Shown piece after piece: positions 48,920 through 58,582 of a DNA stretch of 64,000 nt. The stretch is taken from assembly GCA_964516435.1 (NCBI GenBank), contig CAZEZP010000078.1:118707-182706 (forward strand), read 5' to 3'. The notes below the pieces were generated by a model. It was not told the DNA's origin, ran no database searches, and was given only the letters and a program-made list of their open reading frames with translations. The position numbers and the translations under genes were made by a program. Numbering within the stretch: position 1 is the first letter of the stretch; the number at the start of each line of letters is the position of its first letter. The stretch is from an uncultured Kofleriaceae bacterium (GTDB lineage Bacteria > Myxococcota_A > Polyangia > HGW-17).

Positions 48920-51469
48920 ATGGCACAGTCCCAGGAACAGGCATTTGCGCTATTGAGTGATTATTCCCGGCGCATCTTTTTGTTCAACGGAAAAACCAAG
49001 GATTATTTCCTCATGCCCGATGGGCGTTACATGCGCTTTGAATTGGTACTTCATGAATATCTCAAAAAAGAATTGAATTATGATATTGTCGCTTTTGTTG
49101 ATCATAATGGGCTCTTTTTCTGGGATGAAGAATCTGCCAGAGAAGCCATGCAGGCCAAAAGCCGCCGGGAGAAACCGCGCCCGGCATCCATTCGCGGCCT
49201 CATGAAACGCCCGAAAGGAATCACGACGCGTCCGCCAGCGGAAGCGGAAGCGCCAGCCCCCGTGCAGTGGCGCTATGATTTTGCGGGCGATGCGCGCATG
49301 CTGCTGCCGCAGGTGATGGGCATCCTCCAGCGGGACATTTCGGCGGCCGTGGTGGTGCTGGAGCGCAGCCTGCTGTTCAACATCCACCCGCAGGATCCCG
49401 TTTTTTTCAATTTTCGCGGCTTCCTGTGCGATACGATGACGTTTTTCCCGCACGATAACCGCAATCTCATGATATTTGCAGAAAACACCGAAAACATTCA
49501 GGACCTGGCGCGCCAGTTTGGAGAAATGGGTCTGGGAGACCTGTTTTTTACCCGGGAAAACAGCCAGAGCGACGGCAAGGCTGGATTCGCCTACATCGGT
49601 CCGCCGGGAAGAGAGGAATGCCGGCGGCTTTTTTCCTGGTTCCGGGTGGTCAAACAGCGGCCTGTCCACCTGCCGGATGCCGATGCCATGGGGGTGCTGG
49701 CAGCGTCGTGGTCAAAAGAAAAAAATCAAGGTCTGCATGTTCTAGCGGCGAGACTGGAAAAGGTTCGGGAGTTTCGCCTGGATTCAGTTGAGGAAAAATT
49801 GGAGATGAAGGCCGAAAAGAGCGCGCAGGAATTGCTCGACGACCTGGTAGGCATGGAGGAAGTCAAGAAACAGGTTCTGTTGCAACTGGCCACCCTGAAC
49901 CGGGAGGAAGCGAAAAAGGAGGATGCCAAAAAAGAAGAGATGTTCTGGCCGAAAAGGCTGGGCGCACAGAAAACCACCGGAACCCACCCTTACCTGGATC
50001 ATTTCGCATTGCTTGGCAATCCGGGAACCGGCAAGACCACTGTGGCCCGCATCATCGGAAAACTTTTGCAGGAACGGGGGCTTCTGGAAACGGGGCATTT
50101 CATCGGCGTGACACGGGGAGACCTGGTGGGGGAATACGTGGGAAGCACGGCCGTGAAGACCCGCCAGGTGCTGGAGCGGGCCATGGGAGGCGTGCTCTTC
50201 ATCGATGAGGCGTACTCCCTGTACAAAGGTGAGAGCGATACATTCGGGCAGGAGTGCATCGATACGCTCATCGAGGCGATGGAGACGCAGCGCGGGCGTT
50301 TCGTGATGATCCTGGCCGGCTATCCCAACGAGATGCGCAGACTGATCGCCTCCAATCCCGGCTTCAGGAGGCGCGTAAAGGAAATCGTGATTCCGGATTA
50401 TACGGATGCGCAACTGGCTGAAATCATGCGCCGGATGCTGGCGAAGGATGCCTGCGAATCCGACGTTCGGGAAAACCTCGATTTTTATGTGAAGAATCTG
50501 CTGGCCAACCGGACGGTGAGGAACGACTGGGGCAATGCAGGCGAAATCCGCCGGATTTGCGAAGATGCCCGCAAACGATGCGATGCCCGCAGGGGGAAGG
50601 AACTGTGTGCCCAGGATTTCGAGCATCCGGAATATTTCCAGCCGACTTCGGTCAGGACGGAAACGACGCTCGATGACCTGATTGGCATGGCGTCTCTCAA
50701 GCAGCATCTGAAGAAACTGTTCGTGAGTTTCAAGAGCAAGCAGAATCGGGGGCAGAAGGTGGACGTGGGGCATTATTTCTTCATTGGCAATCCGGGAACG
50801 GGGAAAACCACGGTCGCCCAGATTCTGGCCCGGGAACTGTATGCGCGCGGACTTTTGCGGACACCACGCTGTCTGGAGCATACGGCAATGGACTTCATTG
50901 GCCGGTACGTGGGGGAAACCGAAAACAGGACCCGGGAGATTTTCGAAAAGGCTTTGGGCGGCGTGCTGTTCATCGACGAGGCCCACCAGTTGGTGGATGC
51001 CACCCCCAGAGGTGAAACGTATTCCTATGGACAAGCGGTTCTCAAGACACTGGTGCCCTTGATGGAAAATCACCGGCATGAAATTTCGGTCGTCTTTGCA
51101 GGCTATCCGCAGCAGATGAAGCGTTTGCTGGAATACGACCCCGGGATGAAGAGTCGCATTAAAAGTACAATTCGATTTGAAGATTATAGTAATGAAGAAC
51201 TTCTTCAAATATTTTTAATACAATTTAAAAAAGAATATCCAGACATGTCTTTCCCCCTGGAAATGCAGGCGCCGCTGGCGGATTTCTTTGGAAAAGTGCG
51301 TGCCCTGGAAAGGGAGAAGTTCGGCAATGCACGCATGGTGCGCAATTTCGTGGGAAAACTGGTGGACACTTTGGAGTCGCGCTGGAACGAAGAGTCCGAA
51401 AGTGAAAAAAACATCTCAATGGCAGATCTGGAAAACGCCATGCAGGAATACATGCACCAGAATATGTGA
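48920..51469 (+). CDS. tandem AAA+ ATPase of the CbbX/SpoVK family
   Basis: Two modules, each with GNPGTGKTTVA[RQ]I Walker A, ...GGVLFIDEA[YH] Walker B and sensor regions. The first module is near-identical to the CbbX consensus. 849 aa. Confidence 0.8.
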   Translation: MAQSQEQAFALLSDYSRRIFLFNGKTKDYFLMPDGRYMRFELVLHEYLKKELNYDIVAFVDHNGLFFWDEESAREAMQAKSRREKPRPASIRGLMKRPKGITTRPPAEAEAPAPVQWRYDFAGDARMLLPQVMGILQRDISAAVVVLERSLLFNIHPQDPVFFNFRGFLCDTMTFFPHDNRNLMIFAENTENIQDLARQFGEMGLGDLFFTRENSQSDGKAGFAYIGPPGREECRRLFSWFRVVKQRPVHLPDADAMGVLAASWSKEKNQGLHVLAARLEKVREFRLDSVEEKLEMKAEKSAQELLDDLVGMEEVKKQVLLQLATLNREEAKKEDAKKEEMFWPKRLGAQKTTGTHPYLDHFALLGNPGTGKTTVARIIGKLLQERGLLETGHFIGVTRGDLVGEYVGSTAVKTRQVLERAMGGVLFIDEAYSLYKGESDTFGQECIDTLIEAMETQRGRFVMILAGYPNEMRRLIASNPGFRRRVKEIVIPDYTDAQLAEIMRRMLAKDACESDVRENLDFYVKNLLANRTVRNDWGNAGEIRRICEDARKRCDARRGKELCAQDFEHPEYFQPTSVRTETTLDDLIGMASLKQHLKKLFVSFKSKQNRGQKVDVGHYFFIGNPGTGKTTVAQILARELYARGLLRTPRCLEHTAMDFIGRYVGETENRTREIFEKALGGVLFIDEAHQLVDATPRGETYSYGQAVLKTLVPLMENHRHEISVVFAGYPQQMKRLLEYDPGMKSRIKSTIRFEDYSNEELLQIFLIQFKKEYPDMSFPLEMQAPLADFFGKVRALEREKFGNARMVRNFVGKLVDTLESRWNEESESEKNISMADLENAMQEYMHQNM

Positions 51470-51478
51470 AGGTGAATC

Positions 51479-52072
51479 ATGTCGGATCCGAAACAGGCCT
51501 TTTTTCAGGAAATACGGAAAAGAATCCGCAACCATCCGGAAGGTGGCGTGCTGGAGGTCATGGATGCCATCCTGAAACTTTTCAACATGCTTCCGCCGAG
51601 TCATTCCTGGGGGCAATCCGATGCCTGGATGGAAAAGTTCCAGAAATTGATCGTAGCCATCGATTTTTGCGTGCATTCGGCGGGAATGGAAACGGAAAAG
51701 CAGAAAATCGCGCAGTTGCAGGAAAAGATTGAAAAAAACCAGAATGAGAAAAAAGCACTTGAAGATACGATTCAAAATTTGGAAAATACGCTGGGATTGG
51801 AAAACAAGACGCTGGCCGATTTGCGCGCACTCCTGGAGCAATTGCAGAGCATCGAATTCTTTTTGTCAGCAAACGAGTCCGTGCGCGTCTTGAGAGATCG
51901 GCTCAAGGACGACCAGCAGTTTTGCGTTTCGCTTCCGCAATGGCGCAAGGAGTATGAGAAAGACATGGAAAAAGCCCTGCAGCATCTCACGGAAGCCGAA
52001 AAGATCGTGCAAGTCATCAGCGAGGAATTCGAGCGGCATACCCGGGAAATCCAGGAACGCAACGGAAGGTAA
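51479..52072 (+). CDS. hypothetical coiled-coil protein
   Basis: AAGGTGA Shine-Dalgarno. 197 aa with a central KQKIAQLQEKIEKNQNEKKALEDTIQNLEN heptad region. Confidence 0.5.
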   Translation: MSDPKQAFFQEIRKRIRNHPEGGVLEVMDAILKLFNMLPPSHSWGQSDAWMEKFQKLIVAIDFCVHSAGMETEKQKIAQLQEKIEKNQNEKKALEDTIQNLENTLGLENKTLADLRALLEQLQSIEFFLSANESVRVLRDRLKDDQQFCVSLPQWRKEYEKDMEKALQHLTEAEKIVQVISEEFERHTREIQERNGR

Positions 52073-52081
52073 GGAGAAAGA

Positions 52082-53854
52082 ATGCTATTCGAGATGAAAG
52101 AACTCAGTGCTGAAGAATTTGAAGAGCGGGTCGCCTTCTGGAGTGAGCGGCTGAATAGCAATCGGGTGAAATGTACGCCCGGCCATATGCGCTATTACAT
52201 CGCCGCGCCCCGGCAATCGGAACTGGTGCTGGTCCAGAATGTGGCGGGTTTTTCCCAATGTTTTCTGGAAAAAGCAGATTTTTCACCCCTTTCCAGGATT
52301 CTTCCCACGGGAAAGGAACTCATTCGCCGGCTACTCGATGGGGATTCCGAAGAACGCCGGATTCTGGAAACGCTGGCGGATGCGCTGGATCAACTCGGTT
52401 CATACAACCGGCATGTTTTCTGGCTGGATCCCGATCTGATCCTGTGGGATGGCAGCCGCATCCTGTTTCATCCTTTCGCGTGGCCCCAGATGTTCGTTTC
52501 CGACGAAACCGTCGTCAATCCGGAAATCCGGAACCAGTATGGCTACAAGATGGCCGTAAAAAATCCACGGATTGCCGCAGGCCAGATCGACAGCGACCTG
52601 GAGCGGGTCGCCTTCCTGTATTTTTTGCTGGAGTTGCTTTTCCCCGAGGTTCCATTCCGGAAAATGGACCGGACCATGATCCCCAAATTCCTCAAGTATT
52701 TTTCGAGGGCAGGTGTGTTTATGAAAAAATTTTTGTCGCGCTGGTTTGGAAAATCGCAAAATGAAAAGATTGCGGAAAAACCGCGGGAGATGCTTCAGGG
52801 CATCATCGGCGCGGCCAAGAACAATCCGCTGGCGCCACTTCCCTATCAGGAAGCGCGATATGAATGCGAGTATGATGTGCGCCGCGGGAGACACAAGAAG
52901 GGAACGCACAGCGAAGACGAATATGAAGTGATTGAATCCGGAAAGCACGAGAAGAGCCGGTATTTCATCTTCGTGAGCGATGGCGTGAGCACGGCGGATT
53001 TCGGGGATGGGGACGGCATGGTCCGTTTCCTGCGCGATCAGGTGCAAAATCAGAAGGAACAGATTGCATCCTTCCTGGATTCATTGCCCACGGATGATGC
53101 AAGGAAGTTTGCGGAAGAAAGCCGCTCTTTTCTGCTTGATTTGTGCCGCAAATTGAATGAGGCCGCTATTGAAAAACTCAATGAGCAACTGAAAAAGGAA
53201 AGCAAATCGGCCGAAGACATCCAGCATCCCATGAGCGCCACGCTCGTGCTGGGCGTGGTGTGCGGCAACTGGGTGCATTTCGTTCACATGGGCGACAGCG
53301 AGGTGATTTTCGTGCGGGGTGCAGATGCGTACATTCTGAATACGCCGCACAACGGGCTGCGCGACCGGCTTCTCGAAGAAGCGGCCCATGCGCAGGAAAT
53401 CCGCTCCCGCGTCGATGGGGACGAAGAACTGACGCTCGTCATTCCGGAATTTTCCATCGAGCAGGGGCGATTCGTCTCCAGTCTGGATGCCAATGCCCTG
53501 GAAAGTGTTTCCCTGTATCTGCAGAAGGGGGATTTGCTGCTGTTCTGCACGGATGGCCTGCTCAGTTGTCTGGGACACAATCCCGCCCAGCGGGAGGATG
53601 CCCTTCCGGAGTTGCTTCGCATCCTGCGGGAAACCGATGCGCTTCCTTTCTATGACCGGATCCAGAAGTTGCTCGATGAAGCCAAGAAAACGGGGGAAGA
53701 CGACGTGGCCGTGGTGGGACTGAAGAACATGGGACTGCCCGTTGCAACTTTGGCATCGGGGCAGGAAAAGGAAAGGGAGAAGCCAGGTTCCAGGGAAAAG
53801 GAATCCAGTATTTCTATTACAATCAGGGATTCAAAAAAAGAACGTAAATTATAA
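52082..53854 (+). CDS. PP2C-family Ser/Thr phosphatase with about 270-aa N-terminal extension
   Basis: PPM motifs FVSDGVSTADFGDGDG, HMGDSEVIF, FCTDGLLS and DDVAVVGL in the C-terminal half. TAAGGAGA Shine-Dalgarno. Confidence 0.75.
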   Translation: MLFEMKELSAEEFEERVAFWSERLNSNRVKCTPGHMRYYIAAPRQSELVLVQNVAGFSQCFLEKADFSPLSRILPTGKELIRRLLDGDSEERRILETLADALDQLGSYNRHVFWLDPDLILWDGSRILFHPFAWPQMFVSDETVVNPEIRNQYGYKMAVKNPRIAAGQIDSDLERVAFLYFLLELLFPEVPFRKMDRTMIPKFLKYFSRAGVFMKKFLSRWFGKSQNEKIAEKPREMLQGIIGAAKNNPLAPLPYQEARYECEYDVRRGRHKKGTHSEDEYEVIESGKHEKSRYFIFVSDGVSTADFGDGDGMVRFLRDQVQNQKEQIASFLDSLPTDDARKFAEESRSFLLDLCRKLNEAAIEKLNEQLKKESKSAEDIQHPMSATLVLGVVCGNWVHFVHMGDSEVIFVRGADAYILNTPHNGLRDRLLEEAAHAQEIRSRVDGDEELTLVIPEFSIEQGRFVSSLDANALESVSLYLQKGDLLLFCTDGLLSCLGHNPAQREDALPELLRILRETDALPFYDRIQKLLDEAKKTGEDDVAVVGLKNMGLPVATLASGQEKEREKPGSREKESSISITIRDSKKERKL

Positions 53855-53877
53855 TAAATATAAAGGAGATTTGAAGC

Positions 53878-55182
53878 ATGTCGGAAGGAAAAGTCATTCT
53901 CACCATGTATTCCAACCCGGATTACCTTCCGGGCAACCAGGTAGACCAGGTCATCGAGGGGGTGCTGGTCGTGGAGCCGCCGACGTCCAGCCAGAACGTC
54001 CAGACGGGCACGGATCTCGTGCTGCTGCTCGACTCCAGCGGTTCCATGAATGAAGCCTACTATGACGTGGGCATGTCCAAGCGCCAGAAGGTGGTGGAAG
54101 CCGTCCGTTCGCTTCTGCCGCTCATGTCGGATCTGGATACGCTGACATTCATCAGTTTCAATACAGGCGCTACTTTGTTGCTGGATCATGAGCGCAGGTC
54201 GGCATCCACCCGCATCGAAACCTGCCTGCAGGAATACATGGGCCAGGATGGCGGCACCAATTTCGAAGCCGCCATGCAGGTAGCCAGCACGGTGTGCCAG
54301 AACCGGGTCAACCCCGTTACCCGGCTCATTTTTTTGACGGATGGGCACGCATATGGCGGCAACCCCCAGCGGGCCGTTGAAATTGCCGGGCGTATGGCCA
54401 GTCAGGGAATCATGATCGATTCCATGGGCATTGGCGCCGAATTCAATTTCGATTACATGCGTCAGTTTTCCGCCCTCTGTGCTGGCATCACGGAAAACCT
54501 CGCCCGGGAGGCCAATCCGCAGGTGATATTCCGCAACATCCTGCGTTCCGGCCAGCGCACGATAGCTGCCAACCTCCAGTTGCAGGTGTTTTTCGGGAAT
54601 CACGTGCGCGACGTGGAAATCTACCAGTGCGCGCCCGAAAAGCGCTCGCTGTCCGCCTCTTCCACCACGAGTGCCCATGGGACGTTCTACCAGATGCTCA
54701 TCGGGGATTTGTCCATGGGAAATCCCAAGCAGTTCGTCATGCGCTGCCATGCGGACCTGCCGGATGCCTCCTATGTCAAACTGGCGGATATCCTGGTTAC
54801 CTACCGGGATCCCGCGACCGGCAACCCGGGAAAGATGGAAATCGCCTGGACGATCAACCTGTCGAAAGACGACAAAAACGTGCGCTATGACAGTTTCGTG
54901 CGCGACTGCCTGCGGGAAGTGGAACTGCTCATTGGTCTGGAACAGGCCTTGCGCCTCTACCAGAATGGCAACATCGCCGAGTGCCTGAAGAAAATGGACG
55001 GTCTGATCAAGGATGCCCGGAGCCTGGGCGACGTGGAGCAGGAGCGCATGCTGAGAAAGGCTTTTGAAAAGGTTCAGCGCAACGAGAATCTTTCCCAGGA
55101 GGAACTCAACCGGATGCTACATCGCTCCTCGCGATCGAGCCGGGTGCGCACGACACAGCCGAAGAATACATCCACGTTGTAA
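53878..55182 (+). CDS. von Willebrand factor type A (vWA) domain protein
   Basis: MIDAS motif DLVLLLDSSGSM, plus GGTNF and IFLTDGHAYGG. AAAGGAG Shine-Dalgarno. Confidence 0.75.
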   Translation: MSEGKVILTMYSNPDYLPGNQVDQVIEGVLVVEPPTSSQNVQTGTDLVLLLDSSGSMNEAYYDVGMSKRQKVVEAVRSLLPLMSDLDTLTFISFNTGATLLLDHERRSASTRIETCLQEYMGQDGGTNFEAAMQVASTVCQNRVNPVTRLIFLTDGHAYGGNPQRAVEIAGRMASQGIMIDSMGIGAEFNFDYMRQFSALCAGITENLAREANPQVIFRNILRSGQRTIAANLQLQVFFGNHVRDVEIYQCAPEKRSLSASSTTSAHGTFYQMLIGDLSMGNPKQFVMRCHADLPDASYVKLADILVTYRDPATGNPGKMEIAWTINLSKDDKNVRYDSFVRDCLREVELLIGLEQALRLYQNGNIAECLKKMDGLIKDARSLGDVEQERMLRKAFEKVQRNENLSQEELNRMLHRSSRSSRVRTTQPKNTSTL

Positions 55183-55194
55183 TCGAGGTGTTGC

Positions 55195-56250
55195 ATGACG
55201 CAGAAAGCCTTTCTTTGTGCGGGCACTTCATCGAACAACTATTTATTCAACCCATTTTATCCAGAAACGGACGTAGAATGGACCATTCCGGAGAACTTTC
55301 CGGAAGAAAACGTTCAACTTCACAAGGATGAGAACGGACATCTGCACATCCAGTGCAAGGAAGCCGATGATGTCTATGTTTTCATCTGCAACCGGGGGGA
55401 CATGAAACAGGAAATCGAGAGCCGGTTTGTACGGTTGCCGGAAGTCCTGGAGATTCCCGTGAATGGTTCCTGGCAGTTCCCGCTTTTGGACGGTGCCGTT
55501 TCTCTGCAATGCGAGATGCTGCCGGAAATCGGTCGTCTGGAGCGTTCGCAGGCCGGAAATGAATGGAAACTGATGCCTTTGCAAGAAGGATATGCCACAT
55601 GCACCTGCGTATGGGGTGAAGAAAAAAAATATAAAGTGCAGTCCCAGTTCCGGCTGCGTATCATCCAGGTATCCACGTACTTCGCTCCGTCCGAATCGAG
55701 CCGTCCCGGAATTTTGGCTTCCCCGGACAATGCGAGGGATTCCCTTTCGGCGGCCGCAGATTCTCGGCAAACGGGGCAGGAAGCATCCGGAAAAACCGGG
55801 ATACAGGCGCAGGATTCCGATTCTCCGGCGGATTCCCTGGCATCCCCCAATTCTTTATCGGGAAGTTGGACGGGAAGCATCGATGCCGTTCCAGAGTTGC
55901 GCGGCCCCGTTTTTCTGGTCGTGCGGAAAAAAAATGGAACGGAAGAAATTTCGCGCCATTCCGTGGGATTGGGAAAGAGTCTCGTCGTGGGTAGGGCTTC
56001 CGGATCGGCGCCGCTGGCCGTGGATGTGGATCTCGCTCCCCATCTTTCCAGGGAGAACCGGGACCTGTGTTCCCGCAACCAGTTGCGCGTATTCATTTCC
56101 AACAACCGGGTATACGTGAAAAACATTGGAAGCGTGGATGTCGAACTGGATGACGGAAAACTGCTGCCGGCCGGACAGGGGATGTTTCTGGCCGTTGGCC
56201 GACAGTTGGAAATCGCAGGAGAGATTGCGCTGACGCTGCAGGAAGGATGA
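55195..56250 (+). CDS. FHA-domain protein
   Basis: C-terminal FHA fold (GKSLVVGRASGS...SRNQLRVFISNNRVYVKNIGSVDVELDDGKL). N-terminal 200 aa unknown, with a Ser-rich linker. Confidence 0.7.
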   Translation: MTQKAFLCAGTSSNNYLFNPFYPETDVEWTIPENFPEENVQLHKDENGHLHIQCKEADDVYVFICNRGDMKQEIESRFVRLPEVLEIPVNGSWQFPLLDGAVSLQCEMLPEIGRLERSQAGNEWKLMPLQEGYATCTCVWGEEKKYKVQSQFRLRIIQVSTYFAPSESSRPGILASPDNARDSLSAAADSRQTGQEASGKTGIQAQDSDSPADSLASPNSLSGSWTGSIDAVPELRGPVFLVVRKKNGTEEISRHSVGLGKSLVVGRASGSAPLAVDVDLAPHLSRENRDLCSRNQLRVFISNNRVYVKNIGSVDVELDDGKLLPAGQGMFLAVGRQLEIAGEIALTLQEG

Positions 56251-56251
56251 C

Positions 56252-58582
56252 ATGCTGCCCACCATCAGGACCTTCGAGAACAAGGGCGTACAGTACCAGA
56301 TTCCAGAAACCCTGCAGCAGGGCCGCTACCGAGTCACCGGGGTGCTGGCCCGCGGGGGAATGGGAATCATCTACAAGGCGCTGGATACGCGTCTGCACAA
56401 CAAGATGGTGCTGATCAAGAGCCTCATCTACAAACCATCCATTTTCCAGTACAAAAGCGACAAGGCGCGTGATGAGGAAATCCTCGCCCGGCGGGAGCAG
56501 ATGCGTTCCGAGAAGGTCGTATTGCAATACTTGTGGGAACGCGGTATTGGTGGGGTTCCAATCGTCCTGGATGCATTCGAGGATTTCAATCCCATGCTCC
56601 ACGGTCCGCACCGGGACGAATCCACGGGCGATCTGTACACGTGCAGTGAGTTTTCAACTTCGGATCCCTATCTGGTGCTCAATTATTTCGACGGGGTTCC
56701 CGTTGGCGACTGGGTGTTGGCAGACCCGACGCAACGGCAGAATTTTGCCAAAAGGATTCTGGTCAGCATCACCAAGATTCTGGAGGTGTTGCATCAACCC
56801 TACCGGATGACACTGACGGATGGCCGGGAAATCGTCCTGCAATGCATCTATGGCGACATGAAGCCGGGAAACATCATTCACACCACGGACAAGTCCATCG
56901 TGCTGATCGATCTGGGCAGCGTCGTCAAGAAAATCAATGGCAATATCGAAGGCATCATCACCACCACGCCGGGCTACTGCGCGCCCGAGGTCAACGAGCA
57001 GCTGCAGAATTCCATCCTTGCGGCGGATGTCACTCCTGCGGTGGATGTCTACTCGCTGGCCGCCACGCTCTACGAAATCCTGGCCCGGCAGCCCCCGGCA
57101 GTTTCCATGGGCCACAACCAGTTCGATTTTTCCTTGATTCGCAGGGATTTTCCGGCATGGGAAAAATTTTTACTCACAGCGCTCGATGAACTTCCACAGA
57201 ACCGGTTTCAGAACATGGCGCAGATGCGTGCGGCTTACTATGCCATGGTGGAAGGAAAAACACAGGCAAGTCCACCCGTTGATCGCGGCGAGATTTCCCG
57301 CCGGCTCATGCCGCCGCAGCGGCGGGTTTTCTTTGCTTTTCCGGGCTGGGAAACCCGCCATGAACATTGGGAGCAGAGAATCTTCCTGATGGCCACCCTG
57401 CAGAAGTTGGCCGGCAATTTCTATCTCAATGCCCAAGGGCTGTATGTAGACGCTTCCCGGTTGACTCCTTTGATACCGTTGACTTCCGTGGAAAGAACGA
57501 TGTATTTTCCTTCCTTGAAGTTGCAGTTGCAACAGGTATCGAAGATTTTATGCAAAAACAAGGTTTATTTGCCTGAATTGCTGGAAGAGTATTTTTCAGA
57601 TGAATATTTTTATATAATTTATAAAAGCAAGCAGGGGAATTCCATCAACAAGGATAACCCGGATAAAAATTACATATACAAGAGAATTTCCAGGATCATC
57701 AATACATTCATCGACATGCATGCCAGCGGCATTCTCCTGCCCGAGATTTCCTGGGATGAAATCCGGTTCGACATCACGGATGCGCCGTTGTTCACCCATG
57801 TTTCCCGCCTTACCCATTTGGAGCATCCGCAGCAAGCCTTTCCGCAGTTCCTGCTGCGGATGCTCCAGCCGCGGCATTCGGCGCCGGAAATCGTGCAACT
57901 CAATGAATTCAACGAAAAAACCTACAGCTACCTGGTGGGCCGGCTGCTGCTGGAATTTTTGGCCGATGCCCGCCGGATTTCGTTGGATGACATATATCGG
58001 GGACAGGATTTTCTGGAAAAAGATGCGCTCGAGTCCTGGGCAGGACATCTTACGAACGATCCCGTGCTGCAGAAGTTTCTGTTGCATTCCCTGGCCATTC
58101 CATTGAATTTCCGGGCGTCCCTGTGGGATCTTCGCAGCCTGCTGGCCGACGGAGATATAAACACCCATCAGAGAGCGGGACACGCCGCCGCCGTGCAGGG
58201 GAATCTGATTACGATCCTCTCCAATTTCCATTTGGATTATCAACGGATCTATGCACGGGCTCTCGAGGTTTTTGGAAAGAGGATTCTGTATCAATCATTT
58301 GCCGTCCGGAGAAATGGCGGTACGACCAAATTACCCTCCTTCGTGCAAGTCGTTGTGCATGCCCAGCCGGAAGTCGCCCTGCAGCAAATTCTCCAGCAGC
58401 ATGCCCAGCCGTATCTGATCCTGTGCATCAATTCGCACCACGATGCATGTTTTCAGGTCATCGATCGTCATGCCCGGAATTTTAAGGGGATATTCATCCT
58501 GACAGACAATTTCAATTATTCCTTCCGGCATGCCAACGTGCATGTTCAGACGCTGCTCGAATTTCAGAAGAGGGGAACATGA
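56252..58582 (+). CDS. Ser/Thr protein kinase (non-RD; catalytic motif YGDMKPGN) with about 450-aa C-terminal extension
   Basis: G-loop ARGGMGIIYKA, beta3 Lys VLIK, catalytic loop IYGDMKPGNIIH, DLG (in place of DFG), and TTPGYCAPE. Confidence 0.8.
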   Translation: MLPTIRTFENKGVQYQIPETLQQGRYRVTGVLARGGMGIIYKALDTRLHNKMVLIKSLIYKPSIFQYKSDKARDEEILARREQMRSEKVVLQYLWERGIGGVPIVLDAFEDFNPMLHGPHRDESTGDLYTCSEFSTSDPYLVLNYFDGVPVGDWVLADPTQRQNFAKRILVSITKILEVLHQPYRMTLTDGREIVLQCIYGDMKPGNIIHTTDKSIVLIDLGSVVKKINGNIEGIITTTPGYCAPEVNEQLQNSILAADVTPAVDVYSLAATLYEILARQPPAVSMGHNQFDFSLIRRDFPAWEKFLLTALDELPQNRFQNMAQMRAAYYAMVEGKTQASPPVDRGEISRRLMPPQRRVFFAFPGWETRHEHWEQRIFLMATLQKLAGNFYLNAQGLYVDASRLTPLIPLTSVERTMYFPSLKLQLQQVSKILCKNKVYLPELLEEYFSDEYFYIIYKSKQGNSINKDNPDKNYIYKRISRIINTFIDMHASGILLPEISWDEIRFDITDAPLFTHVSRLTHLEHPQQAFPQFLLRMLQPRHSAPEIVQLNEFNEKTYSYLVGRLLLEFLADARRISLDDIYRGQDFLEKDALESWAGHLTNDPVLQKFLLHSLAIPLNFRASLWDLRSLLADGDINTHQRAGHAAAVQGNLITILSNFHLDYQRIYARALEVFGKRILYQSFAVRRNGGTTKLPSFVQVVVHAQPEVALQQILQQHAQPYLILCINSHHDACFQVIDRHARNFKGIFILTDNFNYSFRHANVHVQTLLEFQKRGT

